From positions 20,815,432 through 20,879,431 of the forward strand of contig NC_092679.1 in assembly GCF_964355755.1 (NCBI RefSeq): 64,000 nt of DNA, given 5' to 3'. Origin of the DNA: Antedon mediterranea. Its lineage: Eukaryota > Animalia > Echinodermata. This document shows, in pieces, positions 50,070-60,719 of the stretch. How positions within the stretch are numbered: the first letter of the stretch is position 1; every line of letters begins with the position of its first letter. The position numbers were made by a program, and so were the translations under genes. The notes beneath the pieces are model-generated. The model was not told the DNA's origin. It saw only the letters and a program-made list of their open reading frames with translations, and did no database searches.

Positions 50070-53000
50070 TTATAATCCAAATTTAATTTGAATGGCCTCA
50101 TGGTAACTATAATAAATTGGAATTACATGTGCCTGCATTGAATCTAGACCTTTGCTATATACATGATCAATCAATGTATTACTTTCAGTAGTAGAACTTG
50201 TAACATGTTGTTGATAACCACTCTCTGTCATTAAATTATTCACTTTGGAAGGTTGTTTGAAAAGATTTTCATTAAAGTCGCCCATTATGATACATTTTGT
50301 ACTTACTTTATGCAACTTTTTTAATAACTTCCTCAAATTTTGACAAAATTGTTTAATATCATAGCTCGGAGGTCTATAAATTACTGATACAGCAACTGAA
50401 ATTGGACATGTTATTAAAAATGAAATTACCTCTATGTCGTTAATACCTATGTCCAACCTGCTTGAAAATTTGTTCTTAGTATAGACTGCAACTCCACCAT
50501 GAGCCTGATTTTTTAAGTAATCATTTTTATTAGAATATGAGTCATATCTTGCTTGGTGATAGAATTTATACGGCTCTATACTTAAGTCAACAAAATCATC
50601 ATCCTTATTTAGCCATGTTTCAGTTAGACATATGGTAGTAGAATTCATAATCAAATCATTGCACTGAAGATCAGCAAAATGTTGTTTAAGCCCTTGAATA
50701 TTATGTAACATTATTGAAAATTCAGAACCAGAATCATTAACTTCTTTATCACATTGTATGTATGAATTCATCTTGTTTAAATATTCCTTTATAGTAGGAT
50801 CACAATAAATCAACTTAGAATTAACATGTTCAATGGTAAGTCCAGATATTGAGGTAACACGACTGAGTGCTACATATGCTTGTCCAGGCGCAAAGGTATT
50901 TTTAAGGCAAACCAGTGCTTTATTCATTGTCATTCCTTGCACTTTATGAACTGTGCATGCATATGCTAATTTGAGTGGGAATTGCTTTCGACTGTATTTT
51001 TTTCCAATAGATTCTTGAAACATTTCAATTGCCTGAATACCAATGTCCTTGTTATCAAATTTCACTTTAATTGATATTGGTTTAGCGTTTGGACTGGGCT
51101 TAATTATTTCTTCCACATGTCCCATACATCCATTTGTTAAGCCTTTTTTAACATCTACATTTTTAATCAACATCACTCTGGCATTAAGTGCAATCCACAG
51201 ATAATTTAATAAATTAGTTTGACATGATTTCCGAGGTTTATCACAATGTTTGTCTTGTTTCTTGCTGTTTACTACAGTATCCTCTGCTTCAATGCATATA
51301 ATATCTAAACATGTTTTATGCAACATTGTTTTATTCCATTCATTAACCTGCTTATTACATGGGTATATATGAACAGCATCGTCACATTGTTCACCTGTTT
51401 CACATGATTTTAAAACTGATAAATCTTTGTCAGACAAGCAATCATTTCTTTCTTTTGTGCGCAATTTGTTTAAAAGTACAGCAAACTCTTTATCTTCTTT
51501 TTGCCTCATGATTTCATCTAACTGCACTTTTTTAAAGTTATCTACCCATAATGAGTTTTCCAATGTGTTTTTATACAAAGAAGTGCCCCTCACAGGCGGT
51601 AACTGATAAAAATCACCAACTGCAATTATTGAAATATTACCAAATGCACTATCATTACGTACTTGCTTTATTTGCCGCAATCGTCCGTGGATGTACCAGA
51701 GTAACTTTTGATTTACCATTGATATTTCATCTATAATAACAATTTGCAATTGACCTAACTGATTACGAAGTGCACTTATTTTTTCTTCTCCAAGTGGTTG
51801 ATATGGAAGTGAAATATGAATAGGAATAGACAAAGCACTATGAATGGTATGACCTTTAATATTATATGCTGCAATCCCTGTAGGAGCTAGTTTCAATATT
51901 GACATATCATCCGGATTTTCCAACATTTTTCCGAGAATACGTGTTGCTTCATTATAAATACAATTAACCAAATGGCTTTTTCCAGTGCCAGCGCCTCCAG
52001 TTATAAAAGTGTAAAACGATTCAGGTTGTTTGCCATTAACTTTATCCAAGCACCATTGCCTTGTCTTATAAAATATTTGTTTTTGTTGTTTATTTAAAGA
52101 TCGAATCATTTTGTTCAGTTCCGGTCTTGAAATACTAGATGAGTTACACTCTATTGTAGATGTTTCATTTTTTTTTAGGCCAAAATCTGGAACAAAAAAT
52201 TCATTTTCTTCATCATCAACGTCTACATTTGGCTTTGGATTCTCTAATCTTTCCTTTTCACTTTCCGGACATAATAGACCCCATGCATCTTCTTGTGGTC
52301 CAAATTTTGCTAAAACCCCTTCTGCATGTTTAATAGCATCTGCAGTTTTGTCATACCTTTCCATGTTTTCATCAACTATAACATTTACTTTTTGTAATTT
52401 ACTGCCATATAATTTTACAGATCCTAGCTCATAAAATTCTTGATATGTTTGAAATTTCAATGGTTTTAACTGTTTATCTGTTCGAAATGGCAAAAATAAC
52501 TGCAATATACTCATAAAATATTTTTCAGATGCTGTATTCATTGGAAACCGAGGGTACCTTATTATAGCATTGTCAGTTCGTGTTCTTTTTTGGATGAATC
52601 CTAGTTTTTTTTGTAACTTGAATACGTTCTTTCTTTGCACGTTTCCTTTCATTTCTGATGTACTTAACATTCTGTAATAAGAACAAAATGTTGCAAGACA
52701 CATTGTATTAAATTCAGAATTATTTGGTCGAGCTTTATATTTGTCGAGCTTATTTGGCAACCATGCACTTTGATTATCATCCACTTTGTTTTTAATTACA
52801 CTTAGTGGTAAACTCATTCTAACAGGATTAGGTCCTACTGGGATAAATTCAACTTTCCTTGAACATTCTTTCAATCTCAAGCCACAAACACGATAAACAC
52901 TTTCTTGCGCAGATACTTCTCGATTGTTCATGTACACATGACCAAGTTTACTTAGGCTTTGTCTGGCATTTTCATTTCCTTCTTTCACTTCGGATGCTGC

Positions 53001-56000
53001 ATGAGATAAAAGTAAGCCCATTTCCCGTTCAGATTTTGACATATATCCTATAACATATGTAACACATGCATATACACTGGTAATGTACTGAATATCCATA
53101 TTAGCATTCCATGCTCTAAGTAAGGAAGGATTGTATTGATTTACCCACACATCTTGGGGGTTTCTCTTTAAAACAATCTTTTCTTCATTAGTTATACAAT
53201 TATTTGCATCCTCATATGCACCCTGAGTAATATTTAAACTTTGAAAAAGTTCCTTGGCGCTTTGATACGTTTCTTCATTTGTCAAAGCATTTTTTACCGA
53301 GGTTAATAATTCTTGCGCTTGTTTATTTGCATTATCATTATCATTATTATCATCATCATTGTTTTTATCCACAATTGTAGGTCTCATAACAAATGTTTTT
53401 TCAGAAGGCTGTCTCGGGAAGTTAAACCTGCAATTTGTTCCCTTCTTTTTACACGATTTCGAATGTCTTTTACTGTGAATCTGCACACTGGTAACAATTT
53501 CATTCATTTCAGAATCTACAAATTGACGTGGCACAGAACAAGAAATATATTTGTCAATAAATTCAATAACTTTTTTATCTTCATCTTCATTAAAAACAGG
53601 GGCATTTTCGACCCATACCAACATATGAACATGTGGACTTCCCCTCATTTGAAATTCAATTCTATAAAAATAATCTGTGACTTTACCAATAGGCTGGGTT
53701 TCAGACAAAATAACTTTTTTCAAAAAAGTATGAAAGCGTTTGTCAAACATTCTGGCAACAGTCACTGGATTTGATTTTAGCAAATTACATTTGTCTGCCC
53801 ATTCCAAATCATCAATGTTTCTTTGGTCTCCTGTTTGACTCAACAATGTCGTCATTATTTCTTTCCAACGTAAGTCAGCACTTGAGAATGAAAGAAAGAA
53901 TGTTGGTTTACCAATCTGTCTAACCATTGCTAATACATCTTTCTGTGTTGCTTGCCAGTAAGGTGGAGTTCCACGTATTTGTTTTAGAAATTTATAACCT
54001 TTATCAGATTTTAAAATCTCCTCAATTTTGTTTATGTTTTTTAAATCAGATACAGTTACTTTACTAAAATTATCTTTTTTACTTGAACCTTTTCGCAACG
54101 CTATGGAAATACTTGATAAAATTTGTTGAAGTTCATATATAGATTGGGCATAAAATATAAATTCTGTGTTTTTTGCAAACCTGTTATCTACATGCATTAA
54201 TCTATTGTGTAAGTATCGTCCAAGTGTTATCTTAACATCTCTTGTATCATGGAATGTTGGTTGACCTGTTGGAAATAGTACTGGAAAAGATTTTGCTTCA
54301 TTGTTTTCATTACTTAATAATGCAATAGGGCTATTATTTTCACATGGTGCACAACAGATTATATCACGAAAATATTCATCAACTAAATTTTGTCGCCTGT
54401 CAACAGGTTGTAGACTTGTATCAAACGCAACACCACACAATCGATCTTCTTCTTCTTCTTCATTGTTTTCTACATATGTTTGTTGATTAGTAGTTTTACT
54501 TTCAATGTTTTCTTTAGACAAATAATTGTGCCAATTTTCATCAATTGCTACGTCAAAATACCATTTGTTATGATCTTGTAAATATTCAAGAGCTTGAATA
54601 ACATTGGATGTGTTAACAAATTTATATTTATAATAACCTTTGTACGACAATTTTCGCTTCAATTTTACGGATATTAACTGATCATCAGCCTCTGGTCTAG
54701 GCAGAATTTTTACAGTTTCAATAGTATTTGATGGTACGCATACAACTGGTCCATGTATTCCATGCTGTCCACCTTTAGGTAAATTCATTAATTTCATAAA
54801 AGGAATATTTAATCCAATCAGATGTTGCTCTAAATTATTTAAACATTTTAGCTCAGGAGGAATTTCTTGTAGTTCTAAATTGTTTGAATTGGCTTCTGCA
54901 GGGACTTTACCTTTCAGCAATTTCTTGTGACATGTGAAACAAATCCATAATGTGCATCTTGGTGATTTGGCAAATTGACAAGGATTATTACATTCATTGT
55001 TGCAAATATGTAAATATTTTTCATTTATACATGTCCTATACTCGTACTTAGCTTTCGTGCATTTGACAACTTGATTTTTGAATAACATTTTAAAGCATAC
55101 GCAACAAACATATTCAGGACCATGAGATGTTGATTCTCTGAAGTTTTGCAAAACAAATTCAAAATTACGCTTTTCTGCTCTCCGTATTTTACGATGCCTC
55201 ATGTTTTTTAGTACAACATTTTTTCGGAAAAGTGAATCACCATGATATTTTTTGGTAAATCTTTGATTACAATTTGTTTTAAATTTTGAATCACTGTGGT
55301 ATTTGTCGTTAAACTTTTTCTTACAGCTTTGACGAAATGTTGTGTTGCTATGATACTTTTCTGTAAACCTTTGCTTACAACTTTGACGAAATTTTAAATC
55401 AATACGATATTTCTCTCCTAAGTCTTGCTTCAAAATACTTCGATACTTCCGCTTTAAGTTTTGTCTGAATGTTGAATTATTGCGATACTTTGCTGCTAGT
55501 TTTTGACTAAGGTTTTGTCTGAATGTTGAATTATTGCGATACTTTGATGCTAGTTTTTGAATCAGGTTTTGTCTAAATTGTAAATTATTCATATACTTTT
55601 GTGCCATATTTTGTTTATTGTTTTGTTTAAAGTTTTGTCTAAATATTAAATCAGTTTGATATCTATTTTTTCTTTTCTCTTTTAAATTTTGCCTAAACCT
55701 TTCATTCAATCTATAATATTGCACACTTTTAGCTTTCTTGGTTGTCCGATAATCCAACTTAATGTTGTCATTTTGTTTCATCTTACTTCGTACTTTAAGA
55801 TTATAATTGGGGTCACACCTGTACGCCTTCTGTTGTCTTTCTCGATTTTCCTTTCTTTTAGACAATTTATAATTGTCATCAGCATATTTTATTCTCTGTG
55901 CCGCTTTAACTTTACGTTTCTTTTCTTCTCTGTATACAGAATCATTTTTATATTTCTTTCGTTGTACCTCCGCTTTATTATGTTTCTCTACATTCGTCGT

Positions 56001-59000
56001 ACTGTCATTTGAACGTGTTGTCCTCATTCGCTTTTTGTTTTCAAGTCGTTTATTTCTTTCAATCGTTGTTTTATTATCTCTTATTGTCTTTATTTTGTTT
56101 GAACAACTTCCTTCGAAATTTTTACTCCGTTTCTGTTTGGGTCCTATAGCATCTTCAAGTATTTCATGACTAATTTCTTTTCTTTTCCGTGTATTGTTAT
56201 GTTTTGTCAAATTATTTTTCATAACACTAGGGTCTACACTTATTTCTGAGGAGCTATCCACATCATCACTATCCACAATTGTTATTGTTTCCGGAACATA
56301 ATTTAAATTGAAATCAACAGACTCCACTACATTAAAATGCACATTTCTGGTGTATAGAATATACATACCGTTGTCAGTTGTAACCTCATTAATTTTTCCA
56401 GGGTTTTTTGCAGAAAACATTTGCCAAGTCAAAAGCTGATCATTGAATGAATAAATATCTGTATTAAGCAAGTTTGCCATTGCACTTATTTCAGTATTAG
56501 AAGCCCATGTTCCATTATCCATTACTCTTTTTTTAATCACATATTCCATAACTGTTCTATATTCCACACTTAATGTACTACTAAACAAGTCGTCAGTTTC
56601 CAATAAATGATTACCAATTGCTTTTCTTAAAATTAAATGATTATTTTCAGTCCCAGAAATAATATATGAAATTGCACGATAAAAACAATTACCATCACCC
56701 GTAATATTCTTAATTTGACAAGGATGTCCAATATGACTTGTTCGATTAATACCACAATTTCTACCGGTATGTTCACAATTAATGCCAACTTTATGACACA
56801 TACTTTTCCTTTGTGCTTCTAAAATTGGGACAAATTTAAAATTCTTGTCAGGTCTCTCTCCATACTGAACATTAACTATTTCAATTTCGTCATCAGTTTG
56901 ACATCCATTACTTGTTGAAACATCATCCTTTTTATTACTATGTTTGTTGTCTTTAATTGTAGAATCAATATTGTTGTTAGGTAATGTTTTGCTACATTTA
57001 AACTGGGAAGATGTACCCGGTGCATTAACATCGCAATTTTCAGAGTTGTTTTGTTCACAATTATCATCTAACGTGACAGAAGAAGAGGAACATAAAAACA
57101 TAGATTCATTTTGAACATTTACACCCGTCAGTTCAAACTCTGTTTCATGTAAATTACAATTCATTGATCTTGCTAACTTTAAACAATAACTGTATACACC
57201 TTGCCAAGATGTACTATAAATTAAAATGCTCTTTCCATGTTCACTAACACAACCAACACGATCTCTTGCATGTGGATCAAATATAAGGAAACCATTTACA
57301 CGTTTAATAATAGCAAATGTACTTCTGTTAAAATTCATGAAACAGGCATCATGTTGATGTAATTCTTGTTCAAGAGCTTGCTTTAATGACAAGGCTCCAT
57401 ATTCAGCCATCGATTCAAGACTCCCATCTATTATCCCAAACACTGATTCTTTGGGAGATATTAAAAATTTGCTATCTAACATATCCAATTTTTTCGGCAG
57501 TTCAGAAATCATCAGAAGATCCTCATCCATAGTGGAATCTTTTTGGATATAATAGTACAACTCATTTCCAAGTGTCAATATTGTGTCAAGATCATTTTTA
57601 TAAAATTCATTTCCATTCCTCTTTGTTGAATAAACAATAGCTACAAGACTATTTGCAACACACTGTTTACCACGTGCATAGCCAAATCTAGAATGCCCTT
57701 GATTAAAACTACCCTGTGCTATAGTTCTATTATTAGTAATACTATTACATGGGTTTACAACACTTTTGTATTGCTTAAATGACGCAACGTTTTTCGTATT
57801 ATCATCAGATATTTTGCATTCATTGGTTGAAACTTTAATATCGACACTGTTATCATCATTCATATTATATTGTTTAAAATTATTTGTAGGTCGTGTATTC
57901 TCCCTAATTGTTTCCTTGGATGTTTTTGTTTGTTCCTCGTCAATTATTAATACTTCATGATCTGTAACATCACAACTACTATCTAATCTTAGTTGATTTA
58001 TTTTGCTATTACTCTTTGGTTCATCACTAGCTACTTTGTAGACGTTGTCTTCATTGCATATTACTTTTGAATTGTCATCATTACCCAAGTGATCTGAAAT
58101 AAAACTTTTACTTATGTCTTCATCCATTTTATGGTTATCATTATCCTCTTGTGATTTCTTTTTATTTGACCTTTTGACAAAACGACCTTTTTTCCGTGGC
58201 TGTTTCGTGTTAAATCCACCACCAGAAAGTTGTTGTATTGTGTTCGTTATTGTTGTCACTTCTGAAGCATCACTCGTAGGGCTATGTACATCAACATCTA
58301 CCTTTTCATTAAGTATTGTTTGTGAATTGTCTGGAATTTTTTCTCTATCCACATTTTCATGCAGTTTCTTGTTTCGTTTTTCATAAAAATCGTTGACAGC
58401 TTTACCAATATATGTTACACCTAGTTCAATAATTATACCATTTATAACACGCCTTTTTCTGTTCTTATTTCCTCTTTTTTTTTTCCCTTGTTTTCTGATA
58501 CTGTTATTTTTCCTGGATTTTACCTTAATCCATTCTCTACCAAGTAAATTTTCACTTTCTGTTTGTTGACATTGTGAGTTGGTATTAGTCTTCGTTATAT
58601 TCCGTTGGTTGGACTTCCAATTCCGTTCATTTTGCGTAAATTCTTCAAAGTTAGCGTTAGATTCATCATGTTCTAGAATCATATACCTATTAAAATGACA
58701 CGCAATACCTATCTCACCCAACATATTATTTGCAAAATTACTATTTCCACACATCGAACAGATCCAAATTACTCTTGAATCACAGAGTTTGCCTTCAAAC
58801 ATTTGTCTTACACATGTCACATGGTAAAATTTACTGCAACAATCACATGACACATAATTTTCATCTGCTATATATTCAATATTACATAAGCCACATTTCT
58901 TAAACTCAGAGGCGACCGCTGTACCAGAAGAAACATTTACGATGTCATCAACTATTTTTTTAATGAATTCACAAATGTCAGTATGTGTATCTTTTTCGTC

Positions 59001-59228
59001 CATGTTGAGAGTGCTTACGTTTTTGACATTTGTAGGTAAACAGCATTGATCGGGTACATCTGTAACCTCGGTTTTATATATAATGCTATTATTAACTTTA
59101 CCAGGTGTGTTGTCGTTGTTGTACTCTTTACTTGTAACGTCTTTATGGTTTGTACATAAACACCACATCATTAACAACAACATTAAAAACAACATAGTAA
59201 CAACAACAGTTATCAATTGTGTATCCAT
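50070..59228 (-). CDS. Helentron Rep/PIF1 helicase/AP-endonuclease polyprotein with PHD, herpes-tegument-like (C76/VTD) DUB and OTU DUB domains
   Basis: Uninterrupted ORF (track start GTG 59255; first ATG 59228, after an acceptor at ~59272). Rep: RGTPPYW, PTFFLSFS, YRIEFQMRGSPHVHMLVW, YVIGYMSK. PIF1: GGAGTGKS, APTGIAA, IIDEISMV, GDFYQLPPV, QFPLKLAYACTVHKVQGMT, GQAYVALSRV. EEP nuclease: HNIQGL, CLTETWL, IYRPP, MGDFN, LIDHVY, SYHEAI. OTU: GDGNCFYRA..W..HF. VTD: GSFNQG..GKQCVANS..FDPH. PHD: C4HC3. Confidence 0.96.
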   Translation of the reverse strand: MDTQLITVVVTMLFLMLLLMMWCLCTNHKDVTSKEYNNDNTPGKVNNSIIYKTEVTDVPDQCCLPTNVKNVSTLNMDEKDTHTDICEFIKKIVDDIVNVSSGTAVASEFKKCGLCNIEYIADENYVSCDCCSKFYHVTCVRQMFEGKLCDSRVIWICSMCGNSNFANNMLGEIGIACHFNRYMILEHDESNANFEEFTQNERNWKSNQRNITKTNTNSQCQQTESENLLGREWIKVKSRKNNSIRKQGKKKRGNKNRKRRVINGIIIELGVTYIGKAVNDFYEKRNKKLHENVDREKIPDNSQTILNEKVDVDVHSPTSDASEVTTITNTIQQLSGGGFNTKQPRKKGRFVKRSNKKKSQEDNDNHKMDEDISKSFISDHLGNDDNSKVICNEDNVYKVASDEPKSNSKINQLRLDSSCDVTDHEVLIIDEEQTKTSKETIRENTRPTNNFKQYNMNDDNSVDIKVSTNECKISDDNTKNVASFKQYKSVVNPCNSITNNRTIAQGSFNQGHSRFGYARGKQCVANSLVAIVYSTKRNGNEFYKNDLDTILTLGNELYYYIQKDSTMDEDLLMISELPKKLDMLDSKFLISPKESVFGIIDGSLESMAEYGALSLKQALEQELHQHDACFMNFNRSTFAIIKRVNGFLIFDPHARDRVGCVSEHGKSILIYSTSWQGVYSYCLKLARSMNCNLHETEFELTGVNVQNESMFLCSSSSVTLDDNCEQNNSENCDVNAPGTSSQFKCSKTLPNNNIDSTIKDNKHSNKKDDVSTSNGCQTDDEIEIVNVQYGERPDKNFKFVPILEAQRKSMCHKVGINCEHTGRNCGINRTSHIGHPCQIKNITGDGNCFYRAISYIISGTENNHLILRKAIGNHLLETDDLFSSTLSVEYRTVMEYVIKKRVMDNGTWASNTEISAMANLLNTDIYSFNDQLLTWQMFSAKNPGKINEVTTDNGMYILYTRNVHFNVVESVDFNLNYVPETITIVDSDDVDSSSEISVDPSVMKNNLTKHNNTRKRKEISHEILEDAIGPKQKRSKNFEGSCSNKIKTIRDNKTTIERNKRLENKKRMRTTRSNDSTTNVEKHNKAEVQRKKYKNDSVYREEKKRKVKAAQRIKYADDNYKLSKRKENRERQQKAYRCDPNYNLKVRSKMKQNDNIKLDYRTTKKAKSVQYYRLNERFRQNLKEKRKNRYQTDLIFRQNFKQNNKQNMAQKYMNNLQFRQNLIQKLASKYRNNSTFRQNLSQKLAAKYRNNSTFRQNLKRKYRSILKQDLGEKYRIDLKFRQSCKQRFTEKYHSNTTFRQSCKKKFNDKYHSDSKFKTNCNQRFTKKYHGDSLFRKNVVLKNMRHRKIRRAEKRNFEFVLQNFRESTSHGPEYVCCVCFKMLFKNQVVKCTKAKYEYRTCINEKYLHICNNECNNPCQFAKSPRCTLWICFTCHKKLLKGKVPAEANSNNLELQEIPPELKCLNNLEQHLIGLNIPFMKLMNLPKGGQHGIHGPVVCVPSNTIETVKILPRPEADDQLISVKLKRKLSYKGYYKYKFVNTSNVIQALEYLQDHNKWYFDVAIDENWHNYLSKENIESKTTNQQTYVENNEEEEEDRLCGVAFDTSLQPVDRRQNLVDEYFRDIICCAPCENNSPIALLSNENNEAKSFPVLFPTGQPTFHDTRDVKITLGRYLHNRLMHVDNRFAKNTEFIFYAQSIYELQQILSSISIALRKGSSKKDNFSKVTVSDLKNINKIEEILKSDKGYKFLKQIRGTPPYWQATQKDVLAMVRQIGKPTFFLSFSSADLRWKEIMTTLLSQTGDQRNIDDLEWADKCNLLKSNPVTVARMFDKRFHTFLKKVILSETQPIGKVTDYFYRIEFQMRGSPHVHMLVWVENAPVFNEDEDKKVIEFIDKYISCSVPRQFVDSEMNEIVTSVQIHSKRHSKSCKKKGTNCRFNFPRQPSEKTFVMRPTIVDKNNDDDNNDNDNANKQAQELLTSVKNALTNEETYQSAKELFQSLNITQGAYEDANNCITNEEKIVLKRNPQDVWVNQYNPSLLRAWNANMDIQYITSVYACVTYVIGYMSKSEREMGLLLSHAASEVKEGNENARQSLSKLGHVYMNNREVSAQESVYRVCGLRLKECSRKVEFIPVGPNPVRMSLPLSVIKNKVDDNQSAWLPNKLDKYKARPNNSEFNTMCLATFCSYYRMLSTSEMKGNVQRKNVFKLQKKLGFIQKRTRTDNAIIRYPRFPMNTASEKYFMSILQLFLPFRTDKQLKPLKFQTYQEFYELGSVKLYGSKLQKVNVIVDENMERYDKTADAIKHAEGVLAKFGPQEDAWGLLCPESEKERLENPKPNVDVDDEENEFFVPDFGLKKNETSTIECNSSSISRPELNKMIRSLNKQQKQIFYKTRQWCLDKVNGKQPESFYTFITGGAGTGKSHLVNCIYNEATRILGKMLENPDDMSILKLAPTGIAAYNIKGHTIHSALSIPIHISLPYQPLGEEKISALRNQLGQLQIVIIDEISMVNQKLLWYIHGRLRQIKQVRNDSAFGNISIIAVGDFYQLPPVRGTSLYKNTLENSLWVDNFKKVQLDEIMRQKEDKEFAVLLNKLRTKERNDCLSDKDLSVLKSCETGEQCDDAVHIYPCNKQVNEWNKTMLHKTCLDIICIEAEDTVVNSKKQDKHCDKPRKSCQTNLLNYLWIALNARVMLIKNVDVKKGLTNGCMGHVEEIIKPSPNAKPISIKVKFDNKDIGIQAIEMFQESIGKKYSRKQFPLKLAYACTVHKVQGMTMNKALVCLKNTFAPGQAYVALSRVTSISGLTIEHVNSKLIYCDPTIKEYLNKMNSYIQCDKEVNDSGSEFSIMLHNIQGLKQHFADLQCNDLIMNSTTICLTETWLNKDDDFVDLSIEPYKFYHQARYDSYSNKNDYLKNQAHGGVAVYTKNKFSSRLDIGINDIEVISFLITCPISVAVSVIYRPPSYDIKQFCQNLRKLLKKLHKVSTKCIIMGDFNENLFKQPSKVNNLMTESGYQQHVTSSTTESNTLIDHVYSKGLDSMQAHVIPIYYSYHEAIQIKFGL

Positions 59229-59339
59229 TACTGTATGTATAATAATCAAGACCACAAATTTGTGTCAAATTCTATAACAATTACTAATTTATTTATTCTG
59301 TAAAATGCTATAAAAAATCGTTACGTATGGCTACAAAAG

Positions 59340-59592
59340 ATAGTTCACTTGTTCTAAAAATTAGTTCGCTGTTCTAAAAATTATTTCACTGTTCTAAAAA
59401 TTAGTTCACTTGTTCGGAAAATTAGTTCACTGTTCTAAAAATAAGTTCTCTTGTTCTGAAAATTAGTTCACTTGTTCGGAAAATTAGTTCACTTGTTCGG
59501 AAAATTAGTTCACTTGTTCTGAAAATTAGTTCACTTGTTCGGAAAATTAGTTCACTTGTTCGGAAAATTAGTTCACTTGTTCGGAAAATTTG
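59340..59592. repeat. Minisatellite, ~12 x 20-21 bp (aaaattagttcacttgttcgg)
   Basis: Directly visible tandem array just upstream of the ORF acceptor. Confidence 0.92.
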
Positions 59593-59611
59593 CTCACTCT
59601 TTCTGTAGTTT

Positions 59612-59850
59612 GTTCACTTTTCTATGTTCACTTTTCTATGTTCACTTTTCTATGTTCACTTTTCTATGTTCACTTTTCTATGTTCACTTTTCTATGTTCA
59701 CTTTTCTATGTTCACTTTTCTATGTTCACTTTTCTATGGTCACTTTTCTATGTTCACTTTTCTATGTTCACTTTTCTATGTTCACTTTTCTATGTTCACT
59801 TTTCTATGATCACTTTTCTATGTTCACTTTTTCTTAGTTCACTTTTTCTG
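59612..59850. repeat. Minisatellite, ~16 x 14 bp (gttcacttttctat)
   Basis: Near-perfect tandem array; explains the spurious repetitive ORFs at 59535-59892. Confidence 0.95.
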
Positions 59851-60719
59851 TATTCACTTGTAATGTATTCTCTTGTATTCACTTGTAATTAATTTGTATG
59901 TATGTTGTTTATGTTGTGTATATTTTCTATATTTTGTTGACTTTAATTGTATTGAATGGTGTTGTGTCTTCCAAAGTTTGGCAGATCGGCTTTTCAAAAC
60001 TGAAAAATAAAATGAAAAAAAATAATCAATTTGGTTTACTTTACATTGTGAAAGTGACAATCCAAGTGATTGTTTGTGGTTGTATCAATTGAAGGGTGTC
60101 CAGTAGGCAAGTGGCAAACCATATGTGTTATGTTAATGAGGGTGTAGACATAAACATACATAAAAGGTTTACTTTGAAGCCAAAAGCTGGCTGACCACCA
60201 ATAGAAATGGTAGTTGTGCAATGGCCTATTTAGAAGTTTATTAGTACAGTAGTAATTGAGCTATAGCTATAGCTGCACTTGGTACAAAGGCATCTCTTTG
60301 ATAAGCACTTTAGCCTTGTTTTATTTATTTCATATAGGTCTATTATTATACATGTAGTTGTACTTCTTTGAAACACACAATTATTTATGTTGTTATTATG
60401 TTGTACTACTTTAGATACTTATGGAAGGTATGCAGTGTATAATAGATACCGTATATGTTACTTTGTATTTATGGTTTGTTTGCTTTAGTAAATTGAATTT
60501 ATGTCCACATTGGCAAGATACAAACATTTGTGCAGTTATGTATAGGTTTAGAATTTTCAGTTTATTTTATTTAGTAACTACTGCAAGCATGGTCCTATAA
60601 TCAAGAGTCACAATGATTTATAGCTTACATGACTAATTGACCTGCAGCCATGTACCTACAGGCGATAATTATAAACTGTAAAAGGTAAACTGTAGAAAGG
60701 AATTGTTACTTAGAAAGGA

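Noticed and set aside
50073-50720. LINE ORF2 suggested by the AP endonuclease
   Set aside because: The endonuclease is C-terminal to a PIF1 helicase with no reverse transcriptase, the known Helentron arrangement.
57110-57730. Endogenous herpesvirus fragment
   Set aside because: The tegument-like protease is fused in frame within a RepHel ORF, and no other viral genes are present.
9500-59228. Functional link between MUS81 and the neighbouring Helentron
   Set aside because: They are over 23 kb apart with WDR81 between, and MUS81 is an ordinary host gene outside the element; proximity alone is not evidence.
51551-59277. Short plus-strand ORFs overlapping the large ORF
   Set aside because: Antisense shadows of the Helentron coding strand with no motifs.
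59535-59892. Repetitive ORFs (MFTFLCSLFYVHFS)n
   Set aside because: Translations of the 14-bp and 21-bp minisatellites.
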